Assembly: GCA_964016885.1 (NCBI GenBank)
Contig: OZ024748.1
Span: 58,838,001 to 58,902,000 of the forward strand
DNA: 64,000 bases
DNA from: Eledone cirrhosa
Taxonomy: Eukaryota
Direction of reading: 5' to 3'
Made by a program: the position numbers and the translations under genes. This document shows positions 41,457 through 54,003 of the stretch, piece by piece. The notes under the pieces are model-generated. The model was given only the letters and a program-made list of their open reading frames with translations. It did no database searches and was not told where the DNA came from. Numbering within the stretch: the first letter of the stretch is position 1; the number at the start of each line of letters is the position of its first letter.

Positions 41457-44233
41457 TACTTTTCATTCATCACTTTAAAGAAATCATCAATCACATATTT
41501 TTTCACATTTTAACATTTTCCCTTTCTCTGTATCATGTTAATTTGAAATCTCTGCACTGGTTATTATAATGTGGGGTTTGTTATTTTTTTAAATACAATT
41601 TCAAGTTGTGATACAATAACCATGTATTTGAGAAGGAATGTAATAATATATAATCTGAATGCAATAAAATATATCAACCAGTTTTAGAATTAGGAAAAAA
41701 AAAGCTGCATTTGAAATTGAAAAAAATAAGGCACATGGCTTAGTGGTTAGAGCATTGAGCTTGCAATCGAAAGGTTTTGAGTTCAATTCTCAGACCGGGT
41801 GATGTGTTGTTTCCTTGAGCAAGACACTTTATTTCACATTGCTCCAGTTTACTCAGCTGTAGAAATGAGAGGATAGGGACTGGGGTCCGTATCATTCCAC
41901 TGCAAAGTGGTCGTGGAGGTGCCACGGCAAACAAGCACCCATCACTCGCTGTAAATGAGGTTGGTGTTAGGAAGGGCATCCAGCTGTAGAAATCAAGCCA
42001 GAATCAGTTCCCGTCCCACCCTTGCAAGCAGGGAAAAAGCGGACGTAAAACGAAATGAAATGATGATAAAATTCTATTTGACAATGTCTGTTAAGTGGTG
42101 GTAGTAATGGTGATAGGAGAAGAAGAAAAAAACACACACTCAGTAAACCCTGTATTATGGTTTGCTGGTTTACGTTATGAAGGTCATCCAGCCATAAAAA
42201 CCATGTTTGCCAAATATAGAATGTAGAATGTATGAGCAAGATGAGAGAGATTGCTCTAACATAGCTGGTTTCTGTGGTGATGGTGGTGGTGGTGGTGGTG
42301 ATGATAATGGTGGTTTCTGTGGTGGTAATGATGATGATGATGATAATGTTGTTGGTGGTGGTGGTTATGGTGGTGATGATAATTGTGGTGGCAATGGTGT
42401 TGATGATTGTGATGGTGATGGTGTTCGTGATGATGATAATGGTGGTGGCGGTGATGATGATGATAATTGTTTCTAATTTTTGGCACAAGGCCAGCAATTA
42501 CCCAGTGCATTACTGGTACTTTATTTTATCGACCCCGTAAGGATGAAAGGCAAAGTTAACCTTGGCGGGATTTGAACTCAGAATGGCAAGGGCCGTAACT
42601 CTATACGTCAAAGCATTAATGTTGTTGGTGGTGGTTATGGTGATATTCATGGTGATGATGATGATGATTGTGGTGGCAGTTGTGTTGATGATTGTGATGA
42701 TGGTGGCGATGACGACGATGATGATAGTTGTGATGGTGGCGATGACGATGATGATGATAGTTGTGGTGGTGGCGGTGGTGGTGTCGATGACGACAGTGTT
42801 GGTGTTCTTGATGATGACGATGATAGTGGCGGTGCTGGTGTTGATGATGATGGTGGTGACAGGGAACAGCAGATACATAAAACTTTATTATTTCATGATC
42901 CAATAAGGCTAAGCCCTGCCTTAGCAAGAAAAATGGGCTTTAAGTAGATTTGCATTACCTTAATGTCAGGCGCGTTGCCTGTGGTAAGTGTGTTTGGACT
43001 TATAATTATATAAGTCATGGGTTCAATTCCTGGACTTGTCTGTGTGCTGAGTTCTTGAACAAAACACTTCATTTCATGTTGCTCCAGTATACTCAGCTGA
43101 AAATGTGTACCAGCAGTAGCTGGGGGTTTAACCATGTGAAGGACTAGCATCCTGTCCAGGAGGAAGTCTTGTACTCTCAGTTGTTTAATGCCATGGAAAC
43201 CAGGAAAAGCTCTGGCATGGTGAGCATCCAAGTTTGAGACTTGAGACAGACTTTAGGCAATAGCAAAGAGGATGAAAGTGTAGAGCTGTGAACATTCATC
43301 ATCATCATCATCATCATCAACAACATTTTATGTCTGCTTTTCCCTGCTTGCAAAGGTGGGACAGGTCCTATTCAGCACAGCATCTCTCTCCACTTGGCAT
43401 GGTCCTTCGTCATCTCCTCCGTGAGCTACAGTGATCTGAGGTCTGCTCTCATCACCTCTAAAACTTTTGGTCGTACTCTGGAACTTAAATTTATCAAACA
43501 TCAATATGAGTGTATGAATGTGTGTGTGTATGTGTGCATTTGACTGTAAGACTATTCTTGTGTGTGTTCATTTGCATGTGTGTAAGTCTGTGTGTGTCTA
43601 AATCTGTATGTATATATGTCTGTGTGTCGATGTATAGGTGAGTCTGTGTTTGGGTGTATAAATTAGTGTATGTGTGCGTTTGTGTGTGGGTGTATAAGTC
43701 GGTGTATGTGTGTGTCGGAGTGTGTGTAAGCCTGTATGTGAGTCTCCCTCTGTTTGTATATGTGTCTGTTTGCGTATGTAAGCCTGTGTGTATGTCTGTG
43801 TATGTATGCGTAAGTGTTTGTAAGTCTGTGTATATGTGAGTAAGTGTATGTGTTTGTAAGTCTGTATATGTGTGAGCCTGTGTATAAATGTGTCAGTCTG
43901 TATGTGGGCCTGTAAGTCTCTGTATGTGTGTGTTTCAGTATATGTATGAGTGTGTGTGTCTCCATGGTCACATGACAGGTTACAGACAAGGTCATAACCT
44001 TTACAGAAATGAATATAACACAGAGACAAGCCTCATTAATTAAATACTGAAGATAATTTTATAAAAAGATAAAAATAAAAATAATAAGCCCCCAGCAAGA
44101 AGAAATTATTCATATATTTCAAATGACTGTCAACTTGGAACAAAGGACATAAAAATAAGATGACGTGGGTGGTGATGTCGATGATGATGGTGGTGATGTC
44201 GATGATGATGGTGGTGGTGGTGGTGTTGAGGAC

Positions 44234-44273
<40 letters not shown>

Positions 44274-44964
44274 GCGGTGGTGGTGGTGGTGAGGAATGAC
44301 AATGGTGATGATGATGAAAGTCAGTGATGAAGATGATGATGGTGTGAATAACAGTGCTGATGATGGCAGAGATGATGGTAGCGATGATGATGCTGGTGGC
44401 GGTGGTGATGGTGGTGGTGAGATGACAATTATGGTGATGACTATAATGATGCTGATGATAATGGTGATGGTGATGCAAGAGAAGGATTAGTAGCCATAGT
44501 TATATATATATATATATATATATAATTTTTTTTTTCTAGATAATCCAATGACAACATCAATTGAATAACTAAATAACTTCTCGTCATATGACTCTTAGCA
44601 ACAGTTCACCTTCATTGTTCTACAGTTACTGCCGTCTACATTTCTGTGTTCAAATCTTATCTAGATTAACTTGACACTCCAAACAACAACCCACCTTCTA
44701 TTAAAGTCTTCAAATTTAAATATAAATCCTTGACTATAATCTCATTACTTCATGAATGATAATATTAGATTTCAGCAGTTAAATATTTGTCTTTTAATTT
44801 ATTATATAATATTATTTTATACAGATTGGATTGATTTGGATAGTTAGAGACTGTGTACATATTGAGTGGCTTTATGTATGTATGTATATATATATATATA
44901 TCTACACACTGTGTAGATATGGACTGGATATATAGATTTAATGTGTAGATGTTGAGTGGTTATG

Positions 44965-45005
<41 letters not shown>

Positions 45006-45452
45006 ATGATGATGATATACACACACACAGCATGTAGATATTGACTGGAGAAATAGATAGATATACACATTGAGCTAATTTCGACTGGATATATAGATTT
45101 AGTGTGAAGATGTTGAGTGGCTGTGTGTGTATATATCATCATCATCGATTAAAGTCTATCTTCCACGTTAGCATGGGTTAGACGTGCTTGTCCCAATTAG
45201 AGGCAAGTTGGGTCGGGTGACCATATCACGCTCATATAGGAGAGTTTGTGGTTGGTTTTCTACGGCTAGATGCCCTTCCGAACGCCAACCACATTGACAG
45301 TGTGAGCTGGGTGCTTTTTGCCGTGTCTTTTACACATCCACTTTACAGTGTGGGCTGGGTGTTTTGGGACTGCTTTTCTATGGCTGGATGCCCTTCCTAA
45401 CGCCAACCACATTTACAGTATGTGCTGGGTACTTTTTGTCGTGACACCTACA

Positions 45453-45524
<72 letters not shown>

Positions 45525-46134
45525 TAGATATTGACTGAATATATAGAGACTTTATCGATGTTGACTAGATAGATAGGGACAGTGTATATGAGTTGAGTGA
45601 CTATATATATATATATATGACACAGTATGTTGAAGCTGACTAGGGAGATAGACATCATGTGAAGAAGTTGAATGGATAGACACGGTATGTAGATGTTGAC
45701 TGGATTGACAAATAAGAGGTAGTTTAAGTAAAGAAGGAAGTACAAATAATTTTCCTGTATTTTTAATTATCTATATTTCTATTTTACGTTACGTTAATAT
45801 GTCTAAATGTTATGCTATTCTACTATGTCTAAATGTTATACTATGTTGCAACGTATACATTTTTATGCTTTTATGTATAAATTTGAATAACATTTTTAAT
45901 TCGGGTACAAGGAGTGGTAATATACGTTTAGTTGTTTAACAGTGTTGTGATCTAAAAAAAAAAAAGGTTGGGGAACTACTTTTATAGAGACTCCACCGAA
46001 CATCAGTCTGCAAATACTCATAAAGCTTTGCTTATAAATCACACTTTACAAAGTTACTTTCATAGTTGTTTCCCTTCTTTTAAGATCGAAATTGCTTCCC
46101 TTAGATCGTAGAAAATTAATCTCGTAGACCCGTT

Positions 46135-46400
46135 CTTCGCCGCAGAGAGAAGACTGCAGTTCGCAGGATGGCGCAGGCAATCGAAAGGGCCTCTTGTTGG
46201 CTTTGGAACAGGAGAGAGGATATCAGATGAAGCCAAGAGGCAGTAATTTTGTCACCACTGCTTACCCACCAGCGAGAGGGTGTCATGGTTCAGGGTCGAA
46301 ACACCCAATGAAGGTTGGACACTGTCTAATGACATCAACTCCTCCTTGCCAAATCTATGTTCACCTAAGGTGTATGGATGTAAGGCATCTTCTTAAAGAT
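46135..46400 (+). mobile_element. 3' end of an RLE-type (HERO/NeSL-like) non-LTR element
   Basis: MAQAIERASCWLWNRRE from 46168 resembles the C-terminal AERAS.WLW.RR motif I recall for this group. A structured 3' UTR follows. Confidence 0.5.
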
Positions 46401-48079
46401 GTAATTATGCCTCCATTTGAAGTCCTTTGTTATGAAAGCGCTGGTATACTATTAAATGGTATAAACACTGTGTTACTAGCGTAGGGGATGATGGTTCGTG
46501 TCCCATTACCGACACTACGTCATATTTTTTCTCTACACTTGCGTCCCAAAATAATAAGGGGGAGAATAAGCAGGGGTGTGTGGAATAAACAGCGGGGTGG
46601 AAAATCGGTTATTTTTCTAGGTTGTCTCCGTTGAATTTTTTTTTTTCTTAAAACCAAAATTAGTCATTTAGTTTACATATTGAGACCCAACCCATCCTAT
46701 TAATTTTATAACATACGGGATTTCTTGTAATGTTCTTTTTTTTTTTTGTCATGTATAATGTGTTTTTTTATTGTCTGAAGAAAATTAATTGTCGCAGAAA
46801 TGCTACCATTTGAAAGAAAATTATATCGGAGATAGATTAGTAAAATTTAATAAGCGAAGGGTTTGAAAAAAACCCTGAAAAATTACTAAACTAAGCGACA
46901 GGGGTGGGGGTGACGGTTATTGGAGACCCGAGAGTATACAGTGAATATTAGGTATCGACGGTTAGTATAATTTACAGTTCTAACAAGCAGAATATGGGAG
47001 TGATGTGATCATTATCCAGATATGCTGAGTTCGATTCTACCTGCAGTGAAATTTCTTACAATTATTCTGACATATTCTTGTCAAGCAGATAGTTTCCTCT
47101 CATTCTTAAACTCCTATACCACACGAACCCTCATGAACAAAACGTTCTTGAAAAGTACAACACAGCACTATGTCTATACCACATTAATTTTTAATCTCTC
47201 TAAATGTTCGATTATTTTTTAAATGTGTTGAAAAATTTGAGGTATGTCTTTTTTATCAGAAATATGGTAATGGAAGGGTTAATGAACCTTCGTATATTAT
47301 TGGTATTTATTCTATAAATCCTGTAAATATGAAATGTAAAGTTACTATTGGCAAGATTTGAACTCAAAATATATAGAGACATAATTAATAATGATTTCTG
47401 ATTTAGGCACAAAGCCAACAGTTTGGGGACAGGGGAAAGCCGATTAAATCGACCCCAGTTCGTTACTGGTGCTTTATTTTATCAACCTAGAATGGAGAGA
47501 TGCTGTACTGAAAAGGACCCGTCCCACCCTTGCAAACAAGGAAAAGCAGATGTAAAATGATGATGATGATGATGATGATATATAGATAGATAAATAGATA
47601 GATTTCCTCCAAGTGTGAATGTGAACCTAATATAACTGTATGTTTGCATCCCTGTGTTTGTTTTGCTCATTTATCAACTATATATATATATTTGACCCTT
47701 CAGTTGTGCTAAGGGCATGACAGCCTCTCTAGTGTTGGTGATCTACATAATAAACACACCCAGTACACGCTGTAAAGTGGTTGGTAATAAGAAGTGCATC
47801 CAGCAATAGAAGCTTGCCAAGTTTGGAGGACCCTTCAGTTATGTCAAAGACATGACAACTTCTCCTGTGCATTCAATAGAATGTGAGACCATATGTAAGC
47901 GAGATGCAGATCTCCCACCCTGGGGCCTGCTTGGGAAATCAGTAGCCATGATTCAGGATTAACATGATCTCTGTAAACCTGTCACACCCATGCTAGCAGG
48001 GAAAGTGGATATTAAACTATGATGATTATGATAATATATATATATTTCCTTAAATATATAAGTACTTGGCTTTTATAAA

Positions 48080-48116
<37 letters not shown>

Positions 48117-48117
<1 letters not shown>

Positions 48118-48310
48118 CGAAATAAGTGTGGTAAGGAACCACATGGACCATAACGCACCAGAGTACCCAATACTTAGGATAGTAGAGTGGGTAATAGAAA
48201 AAGGTTTAACCCCGGCGGCAGAGCTCAAGCCGTTTCGAGGGCTATTTCTGGAGTCCAGAAAGCGCCGTCGAAACGGCTTGAGCTCTGCCGTCGGGGTTAA
48301 ACATTTTCAT
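48117..48310 (-). mobile_element. Palindromic mini-PLE, same family
   Basis: Reverse-complement tail followed by an imperfect palindrome centred on ctggagtccag. Inserted in (TA)n. Confidence 0.8.
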
Positions 48311-48351
48311 ATATATATATATATCGAGAGTCTAAGGCTCCGTTAATGTAT

Positions 48352-48438
<87 letters not shown>

Positions 48439-48804
48439 GCATATTCTAGCAGTGAGACTAGGGTTATCGTGTTTGAGCTCTACTGATGAACGACTCCAAC
48501 CGTGACCATCCCCACTGAAAAGTTTCGTGAAATAGTCTTTTTAAGACTATATAGAGCATTTGTAGTTTTTACAAATTGAAGGATGAGTATTTAAACTTTA
48601 TTTGATTCTGAGTTAAGAATCTATTGGTTTCTCCCTGGATTTCACAAAATCTGTGGATAAATCTGTCTTGATTTTTTTTTTTTTAATTGAGTTTGAATTA
48701 TTTTCCCACATTTTACGTTAATTATTTTTCTATTTTGACGTTATAGTCACTTATATATTATGAAATACTGCTGGCTTCATGCTCACAATAATTTCTATAC
48801 TTTC

Positions 48805-48842
<38 letters not shown>

Positions 48843-48844
<2 letters not shown>

Positions 48845-49095
48845 CCAGGGAGTTTAACGTGAAGTTATTGGTTCGCCCAGGTGAGCACTCGATGTTTAGA
48901 TTGACGCCTGTAGCGAGGTGTAGAGCTAAACAGTGTAAATATAATAATACAAGGACGATTTCTTATACCTTGTTTACGTTTATTGATTGGTGATGCGCGT
49001 TTCGCTATTGATCAGCTCAAGGTTCGATCTGTATCGGAACGCGCGTCACCAATCAATAAACGTAATGCAAGCATAACAAATCGTCCTTGTATTAG
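48843..49095 (-). mobile_element. Fold-back mini element with partial hammerhead
   Basis: Inverted arms at ~48945-49010 and ~49035-49093. The minus strand reads GA-GCT-gatcaat-AGC-GAAAC-GCGC-ATC, and the mirror arm has GCGC-GTC. Tail motif at 48883-48894. Confidence 0.62.
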
Positions 49096-49108
49096 ATATC
49101 TCTCTCTC

Positions 49109-49154
<46 letters not shown>

Positions 49155-49471
49155 CTGAAATAAAATAAAATAAAAATAATAATGAGTAAACTATACACTG
49201 AAATATATATACGTGTGTATATATATAGTTATTTTGCATTATCAAACACTTCCATGGCCGTAAATATATCTCATTTTCTTAGATCCAATCAAAATAAATA
49301 CGTGAAATTGAAAAGTTTTGGCAGTATTTACGTGGATAAGTCACGCCAAGCTGAACAGAAGCACTATGGCCGATATGGCTTTTCTCAGCTACCTGAATAG
49401 CGATCTATATACTAAACACCAGATTATAGTCCGTACAGAGAGAAAATACATAAAATATATTTTTTACTTAC

Positions 49472-49528
49472 TTCTCCATAATCTAGTTGTCCATTGATAT
49501 TTAATAAAAACACACTAGGTGACGCCAT
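49472..49528 (-). CDS. B9D1: B9 domain-containing protein 1 (MKS transition zone), coding exon 1
   Basis: The minus strand reads caaaATGGCG... = [19 protein letters not shown] followed by a GTAAGT donor. This matches the B9D1 N-terminus as I recall it (human [21 protein letters not shown]). 57 nt, phase 0. Confidence 0.93.
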
Positions 49529-49532
49529 TTTG
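49522..49532. promoter_or_regulatory. YY1-like motif overlapping the B9D1 start codon
   Basis: ACGCCATTTTG (CAAAATGGCGT on the minus strand) is a typical YY1 site that also forms the start-codon context. Confidence 0.4.
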
Positions 49533-49623
49533 TGTTGTTAAGCAAGCGCATAGAGCAGTTTAACATCCATCAAACAGCCATCGTTTCGAAGGAAGTTTCT
49601 AACGTATATGACCAGAAATTATG

Positions 49624-49688
<65 letters not shown>

Positions 49689-49893
49689 CTAACAATAATT
49701 CTTTGCAAATTATCTCCTTCAAATGTTTGATATGTTTATGTATATGTCATTCGTTTTCAAATTTTATATAAATATATTAAAAGCACGCACGTAAATATGC
49801 AGACACAACTTAAGTAAGTTGTTTTATTTTAATATATATGTTATTCATGCTCGATCTTTCACTTTTAATCCCTCGGCCACGCTCTCTTCTCCC

Positions 49894-49937
<44 letters not shown>

Positions 49938-50417
49938 ATAATTAATTTGAAGACTAAAATCCAAAGAGGGCTCGATAAGGATAAATATATATCAAATATA
50001 TAAGAACCGTAGAGCAAATATTTATTAAAATAACATTAAAGTTTAAGCAAAGAATCGCTGCTTTCACCCTTAACGAGATCTTCTGAAACTAAATATATAT
50101 ATAATGTATGTGTGTGTGTGTTTGTAATTTGTAAGGTTACTATGAGACAAGAAACAATATAGTGTTTAAGAGAACTCTTCAGTCTGGACGAGCAGGGGAC
50201 AATTTCTCTAATGTTGGTGACACGAAAAAAGACACCAGTGTACTCTGTAAAGTGTTAGTGTTGCTGCCACGAAACAAGGCACTAGTGTACTATGTTAGTG
50301 TTGGTGCCACAACAAAAATCACCAGTGCATTCTGTAAAGTGTTAGAGGCGGTGCCACAAAGAAGTCGCAATGAACATGGATGGACAGTTTATTCCACTAA
50401 CATGAAGCATGTGCAAA

Positions 50418-51580
50418 GTTGGTAATAGGCTCTAGCTAGATCTGAAATGTAAACCCCACCAAAGCTGGTAATAGGCTCTAGCTAGATCTGAAATGTAAAC
50501 CCCCACCAAAGCTGGTAATAGGCTCTGGCTAGACCTGAAATGTAAACCCCACCAAAGCTGGTAATAGGCTCTAGCTAGATCTGAAATGTAAACCCCCACC
50601 AAAGCTGGTAATAGGCTCTAGCTAGATCTGAAATGTAAACCCCCACCAAAGCTGGTAATAGGCTCTGGCTAGACCTGAAATGTAAACCCCACCAAAGCTG
50701 GTAATAGGCTCTAGCTAGATCTGAAATGTAAACCCCCACCAAAGCTGGTAATAGGCTCTAGCTAGATCTGAAATGTAAACCCCCACCAAAGCTGGTAATA
50801 GGCTCTGGCTAGACCTGAAATGTAAACCCCACCAAAGCTGGTAATAGGCTCTAGCTAGATCTGAAATGTAAACCCCCACCAAAGCTGGTAATAGGCTCTA
50901 GCTAGATCTGAAATGTAAACCCCCACCAAAGCTGGTAATAGGCTCTGGCTAGACCTGAAATGTAAAACCCCCACCAAAGCTGGTAATAGGCTCTAGCTAG
51001 ATCTGAAATGTAAAACCCCACCAAAGCTGGTAATAGGCTCTAGCTAGATCTGAAATGTAAACCCCCACCAAAGCTGGTAATAGGCTCTAGCTAGATCTGA
51101 AATGTAAAACCCCACCAAAGCTGGTAATAGGCTCTAGCTAGATCTGAAATGTAAACCCCCACCAAAGCTGGAAATAAGCTCTGGCTAGATCTGAAATGTT
51201 GACCCCCACCAAAGCTGGTAATAGGCTCTAGCTAGATCTGAAATGTTGACCCCCACCAAAGCTGGTAATAGGCTCTAGTTAGATCTGAAATGTTGACCCC
51301 CACCAAAGCTGGTAATAGGCTCTAGTTAGATCTGAAATGTTGACCCCCACCAAAGCTGGTAATAGGCTCTAGTTAGATCTGTAAACCCCCACCTGAAATG
51401 TAAACCCCCACCAAATGTAAACCCCCACTGGTATTAGGCTCTAGTTAGATCTGAAATGTAAACCCCCACCAAAGCTGGTAATAGGCTCTAGTTAGACCTG
51501 AAATATAAACCCTCACCAAAGTTGGTAATAGGCTCTAGCTAGATCTGAAATGTAGGCCTCAGCAAAGCTGGTAATAGGTT
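50418..51580 (+). repeat. 46-48-bp minisatellite (~25 copies) between the two genes
   Basis: Unit gctggtaataggctctagctagatctgaaatgtaaac(4-5)accaaa. A variant unit recurs every 140 bp (50511, 50651, 50791, 50931). Confidence 0.95.
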
Positions 51581-52197
51581 CAAGCCAATGCATGAAATGT
51601 CATCCCACACAAAACTTGTAATTGGATCTGACTAGATGTGAACTGTAGGTGCCAAAAGCTGGTAATAAGCTAGTCCCCCTCGCTTTACCAGCCGACCGGA
51701 CACTGTCCACAACAGGACAATCCGTATAATCCATGCTAGCGTGGAAGAACGGACGTAAAACGATGATGATGATGATGATGATATATATATCGATGATGAT
51801 GATGAGATATATATATACTCACACACTCACATATTTTCTAGTAAGAAACTCTTAAGAGAGCTAGACAGCAGCAGGTCTTCAGAGAAGAAACCCCCACCTC
51901 ACCTCTTAACTTTTTACATTCTAAGGCCGTCACGCCGCATCCATATAGCACACACACACACATAAATATAAATGTATATTAACACCTATATATGTAAACA
52001 CATATATATATATAAAGAGAAGCAGAGAGGAGGAAGAGAGAGAGACAGACATACAGACAGCTAGATCGATAGATAATTATTTGTTTATTTGTTTATTTAT
52101 TTATTTGTTTATTTATTTATTTGTTTACACATACACACACATTTATGCTTATATTCTATATTTCGTCACCGTATCCGACCTCATGTTGTTATTCTCT

Positions 52198-52211
52198 GTT
52201 ACCGCGGCAAC
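52198..52211. promoter_or_regulatory. RFX X-box
   Basis: GTTACCGCGGCAAC fits GTNRCC(N0-3)RGYAAC exactly. It lies ~460 bp upstream of the CFAP20 ATG and is followed by a CRE-like TGCGTCA at 52222-52228. Confidence 0.75.
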
Positions 52212-52471
52212 TTGGTATCAATGCGTCATACAAGACACGCTATACAAAGAGCTAACTATTTGAAAAATAGTCCGTCCTATTTTTGTCTCTTTTCTACCTA
52301 TTAAGTTATCATTAATCCTGAAGACTTTTGAGCTCTACAACTACATAGGTTTCGTTGATATTCGTGTAGATTCTAGAGAAATTAATCGTTACTAATTAAT
52401 TTAAAAATCTAGAAGAGAGAGTGAGGGAGAGGTGGAAGTTGTGGATTACATTAACGGAGAACGCGTAGAAA

Positions 52472-52484
52472 GTTCCTTAGCAAC
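52472..52484. promoter_or_regulatory. Second RFX X-box-like site
   Basis: GTTCCTTAGCAAC has one perfect half-site (AGCAAC) and lies ~190 bp upstream of the CFAP20 ATG. A forkhead-type TGTTTAT is at 52521-52527. Confidence 0.55.
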
Positions 52485-52670
52485 AGAGTTTGTGCTTCGT
52501 CGGAAATAACAAGAGTGACATGTTTATTTAAGTACTAAACTTGGTTTTTTTAACAAACTTACCCTTTTTTTCACGCATACACACACACACACATATATTT
52601 ATATATATATATTCGGATTCTGAATAATCTGAACATTGTCCAATAATTCACCGTCTATTTATAATAGAAA

Positions 52671-52754
52671 ATGTTCAAAAACACCTTCCAGAGCGGGTTC
52701 CTGTCGATTTTATACAGTGTCGGTAGTAAACCACTTCAGATATGGGACAAAAAG
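52671..52754 (+). CDS. CFAP20: Cilia- and flagella-associated protein 20 (Bug22/GTL3), coding exon 1
   Basis: [28 protein letters not shown] followed by a GTAACC donor. 84 nt. Near-identical to the highly conserved CFAP20 N-terminus. Confidence 0.98.
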
Positions 52755-53118
52755 GTAACCCGCTTTCCTTTAACGTTTGAAATATAAACCAACTATATAT
52801 ATTATTTTAAATTGTGATCCTTCGTCTTAGGTAGTCGCGCATTGTTATTTGTCATCGTTTTCGTAATTGCTAAACAGGTATGTTACTGTTGAAGTTGTCG
52901 GAAGTAAGGTTTAATTATAAAGAACGATCGAAATAAGAAAGAAATGTTAAAATTAAATAGGGTTTGTTGGGTTATCCCTCGTTTTAAATCTAGGCGCCAG
53001 ATCTCGATAATTTTCGCTAAACAGGGCATGTACAATATATATGTGTGTTTGTGTATAATATGAGTGTGTGAATGTTCGGTAATTTCTCCGTATACCACAG
53101 ATTGGCGATCATACGCAC

Positions 53119-53164
<46 letters not shown>

Positions 53165-53311
53165 ATATGTATATATACTTAAACTCTACTTCGGTATTGA
53201 GTACTCTTCTCTCTCAGTTGTCAACCACATACAGATACATATATATATATTTCGTTTCTGAATTTGGCAACATGACCCTCGCAAAGTATAACAATATATA
53301 TATATATATAT

Positions 53312-53376
<65 letters not shown>

Positions 53377-53769
53377 ATACACACGCGAGCTGATGAGCTT
53401 AATGCAATGATTGGGACGAGATCTATTCTCAGTGATGCCCCTAGAAACTAAAAGCATCATCAACAAAGCAATCTGAATGGTTCAGCTGGTCATTACACGT
53501 TGGTTTGTTTGTTGATCACGTTCGTTTGTTTATTATTAGACCTAGAATTTATTGTTGCCTTCATTGTCTCTTTCTCAGTATATGTTCCCCTATCTCTGTC
53601 CTTTTTCCCCCTGTGCCTCTCAATCATACATTAACCCTTTTGAAATAAAATCTTTCCTGGTTCTATGATATGAAACTTTATTAGAGAGTTCACATAAATA
53701 TTTCACATTAAAATATAGCATCAAAACGAAAGAAAATATTAAGTCAATATTAGGTGTGTCAGACCGTCT

Positions 53770-53940
53770 CTATAATACCTTGAGGCGAGCCAACATACAG
53801 TCTGGAATTTGACGTCGAAACGGCAAGAGTTCAACCGTTGGGTCCCGACCCTCCAATATAATTTACCTTCCACTATCCCATGTATCGAGTCCTCTGCTGA
53901 ATATTGATCTTACTTGGTGTAAAACTGGTCATCCTGATCT
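53770..53940 (+). mobile_element. Diverged PLE 3' end related to the 1888 family
   Basis: agtctggaatttgacgtc-GAAAC-GG-caagagttcaa-CC-GTT-ggg followed by the tail gtatcgagtcctc. Confidence 0.5.
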
Positions 53941-53958
53941 CTCGCTCTCTCTCTCTCC

Positions 53959-54002
<44 letters not shown>

Positions 54003-54003
<1 letters not shown>

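Noticed and set aside
48478-48535. CTGATGA followed by GAAA as a hammerhead
   Set aside because: I could not build consistent stems I-III. The same holds for CTGATGA near 24120 and 53390.
52556-52565. Minus-strand donor-like GGGTAAGT as an upstream B9D1 5' UTR exon
   Set aside because: It is a single short motif with no supporting acceptor or transcript evidence.
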